A DNA stretch of 64,000 nucleotides from Cystobasidiomycetes sp. EMM_F5 (taxonomy: Eukaryota). The stretch spans positions 930,001 to 994,000 of the forward strand of contig JBPGPT010000001.1 of assembly GCA_051047955.1 (NCBI GenBank), written 5' to 3'. Each line of letters starts with the position of its first letter. Position 1 is the stretch's first letter. Shown here in pieces: positions 61,349 through 64,000 of the stretch. Both the position numbers and the translations under genes were made by a program. The notes below the pieces were generated by a model. The model worked only from the letters and a program-made list of their open reading frames with translations, had not been told where the DNA came from and did not search any database.

Positions 61349-64000
61349 TTACGAGTAGGGATTTAACCACCATGCGAGATTTTCAGCTGCAGGCGTAGGA
61401 GAAGCGATAAAACCGTCCATGATGTTTGAGCTTGTCAAATTTAGCAGCCAGTCCATATCGGCCATAGCTTGCACAGGGTCTATATTGATATCGCTTGCAA
61501 ACGTGATGTTTTGGTTTGAGGGAGCGAGATGTTCTAGTGACATCGCGCCACCTGGAGGAAGTGACGCAGGCAGCGTCGTTGCGATACTCTGTTCGGCGTA
61601 TTGTGGCTACATGTATAGGCCCATTAACAGAGCGCACCACATTAGCTTGCTCCAAAGATGCACTCACATGCGCCAATGCCGGCCTAACAGCATCCTGAAT
61701 TGTACGCACAGCTTCCAGAACTTGTACGACAGCAGGATTCTCCCCACTTTGTTCGATTTCCTCGAGAAGGGCCACGGCGGTTTCAAGGCCTTGCTGAGGT
61801 TGCGCTAGATCCGAGCTTCCTAACAGACCACGTTCAACGTAGTTCTGGATATACTCGCACAGCGCCAGGCATGAAATCTGGATGTGGGACGTAATGAACC
61901 AAAAAGACAGATGGACGCCGAGACGGATAAGCCGTCTGCAAAAGTCCAAGATTTGCATGGCGCTGTCGAGAATGGCAGCTTCTGATATGCCGCGCTGATA
62001 CCGGTAGGCCTCGCTAGGCTCCTGAATTTCTCGCTGAATGAGGAAACTTCTGTGCATGATGATGCCTGCAAAAAGGATTTTTTGCGTCAATGGCCAAGCT
62101 GGTGCACAGACTCGTGAGCACTGACGGATGATGTGGTATGCGAGGAGAACGCCTTGAAATTGCATCTTGTCTGCCCGCTTTGCACCAGCCCCCTCTGGCG
62201 GCGTAACATACTCGTGCATGTCAGCACACCAGATCTGAAATTGATTTTCAAGGAGGGGCAATGTCGCAAGCCAGTGGTCCGATTTGCCAACATGGTGACG
62301 CTGGTACAGAGCGTCGTGGACTGCTCTAGTGCTCAACTCGGGCGAAACGGAAAGAAAGCCTAATCGGACTTACTTTTCGTCCAGATGGCCGAGAGACGCA
62401 CTCGCATAGCGAAAATGTCTGAAACAACTTGCCGAGGCTGTCCATTGCGCATTGCATCAAAGGGCGGATCAAGGTCGATGTCGGCTTCCGATGTCAGAGA
62501 CGGTCGTCCAGTTGAGGAGGAATGCCAGACATCATGTACGCGAGTACACCACCATAATTGCGTTCGCCGCAGAGACTCTTCTGGCGACTTGTTGGCCAAT
62601 GCTGGCTTGCGATGCAGATTCTGCAATTTTTACCAGCTCAACTTTCGGACAAAGCGTTGATGGGGTGAACGGACTTACGAGTGCGTGGGCGACTCTTGTA
62701 GCGACAGCTAGTGTCGACCATAATATTCGTGACCTGTTTGTATTGATTTCGAAGACGGCCATCTGCATAGCTAGCTGCACAGATTCGAGGGTCATGAGTT
62801 CGGCAATGTCGAGATAGCACTGCCGAGCTGCCTGATACAAGCGTTCACTGTCCTCGTATTTTCGCTCAAACAGCGCGCCAAAAGCCAAGAGCGCACAAAT
62901 CGTGGTGCGGGCTCCCAGTGGCAGGTCTCGCGCGGCGGAGGTGTTGGTCTGCTTCGGCTTTCCTGCCTGGTATTGCTCCTCTTCCGCCCAAATTGCTTCA
63001 TAGCGCCTGTTTATCACGGCTCAGGATTGAAGGAAAGGGAGGTAGCTACGGATGTGCTTACGACATGGCCATGTCTGGAAAAGGCCACAACTGGTATATC
63101 CATTCAGCTTCAGCGACTTATGGCATACGTCAGCTTGATCCGCAAAGACCGGCCGAGGAACGCATCGAGGCATGTGCTCACAGTAAGCATCGAAGTACCG
63201 AAGAGACGCCCGCCTTTCTATCATTTTCGGAATGTCAGGTTCCACGACTGTTGCTGTCGGGATGCGCTGAAAACGCGTCAGAACAAGGCCTGATACGCTA
63301 TGATCATTCTCTTGCTGAGGCGGTTGGGCGGTGCCATCTCGACCTGCTGAACTGGGACTCGTCACAGCTGGCGAAGTTTGCGAGACTGTCTGCAGAATTG
63401 ATGGAGGCCGATTGAAAGGTGGAGGTACCGGCTTCGGGCGGGACGCAGCTGGCACCGGAATCGAGGCTGCAGGTTGCGGTGCAGATATAATTGGTGGAGG
63501 CACGTACTTGTGTGCAGGAGGCAGCCTCGTATTCTGGTGATTGGAAGGCAATGGCGGTAAGAGGCCGTTTGTAGTAGACGTACTTGCTAACGGTAATCGA
63601 AAGATTTGGGCAGGGTCTATTTGCGGAGCATGCTGATAGGTATCGTGAGAATTGAGCGACGGAAGCCTGAACAGAAACAGACGTCTATACTTCCACAACC
63701 GTCTGTACGGAGAGGCAGCTGCTTACCGTGCGATTGGCCTGCCATAGTCCAGAAAATCATCGGACGCTACGTTGGTGTAGTTCTGAGGAAGAGCCTGATG
63801 GTATTGATGTCCATTTGTAAGGTCCCCAACGTCCAAATGGTTTGGTAATTCTGTATCAATTGCGGAATGTTTCCCGTTTCGGGGGAAGCCCAACGTCGGC
63901 GCTGGTCGCAAAGCTTCTCCACTATGCTCGCTTGAGGAGACGATTGGTCTGGATGATTTATTCTGCGAGGTGGCTATCCCGACACTGCCTGGCAGTACTG
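61349..64000 (-). CDS. Fungal-specific transcription factor (Fungal_trans domain; probable Zn2Cys6 N-terminus outside window)
   Basis: LTLESVQLAMQMAVF, W..LAVATRVAHAL|NLHR and EESLRRTQLWWCTRVHDVWHSSSTGRPSL, with a Pro-rich linker and acidic/aromatic C-terminus. Confidence 0.8.

Overview
Gene-dense, intron-rich fungal nuclear DNA with typical introns of 50-80 nt, GT/GC-AG ends and CTRAY branch points. The protein content suggests a basidiomycete yeast (inference). It holds about 24 protein-coding genes, mostly housekeeping: GUT2, VPS8, Rsc7/Swp82-like, Mmc1-like, RAX2, UTP20, CTK3, YIP1, a cupin, FAHD1/FMP41, complex I 17.8-kDa subunit, MRPS9, SCS3/FIT, a CTI6-like PHD protein, a peroxisomal ABCD transporter, CCP1, an EEP phosphodiesterase, an RPEL protein, a DEAD-box helicase, an HSF-domain protein, DSD1, an alpha/beta-hydrolase and a fungal transcription factor. 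There is also one intron-containing tRNA-Lys(UUU). I saw no transposon, CRISPR array or rRNA. The most unusual signals are in splicing. A 378-nt intron in the ABCD gene has about 348 nt with no AG after a normally placed branch point, and a 117-nt intron in the complex I gene has the same design. The divergent CCP1 gene has a 420-nt intron with an internal AG|GT. The CTI6-like 5' end has alternative acceptors that switch between a uORF and an in-frame start. Exon boundaries were read by eye and need RNA-seq confirmation.
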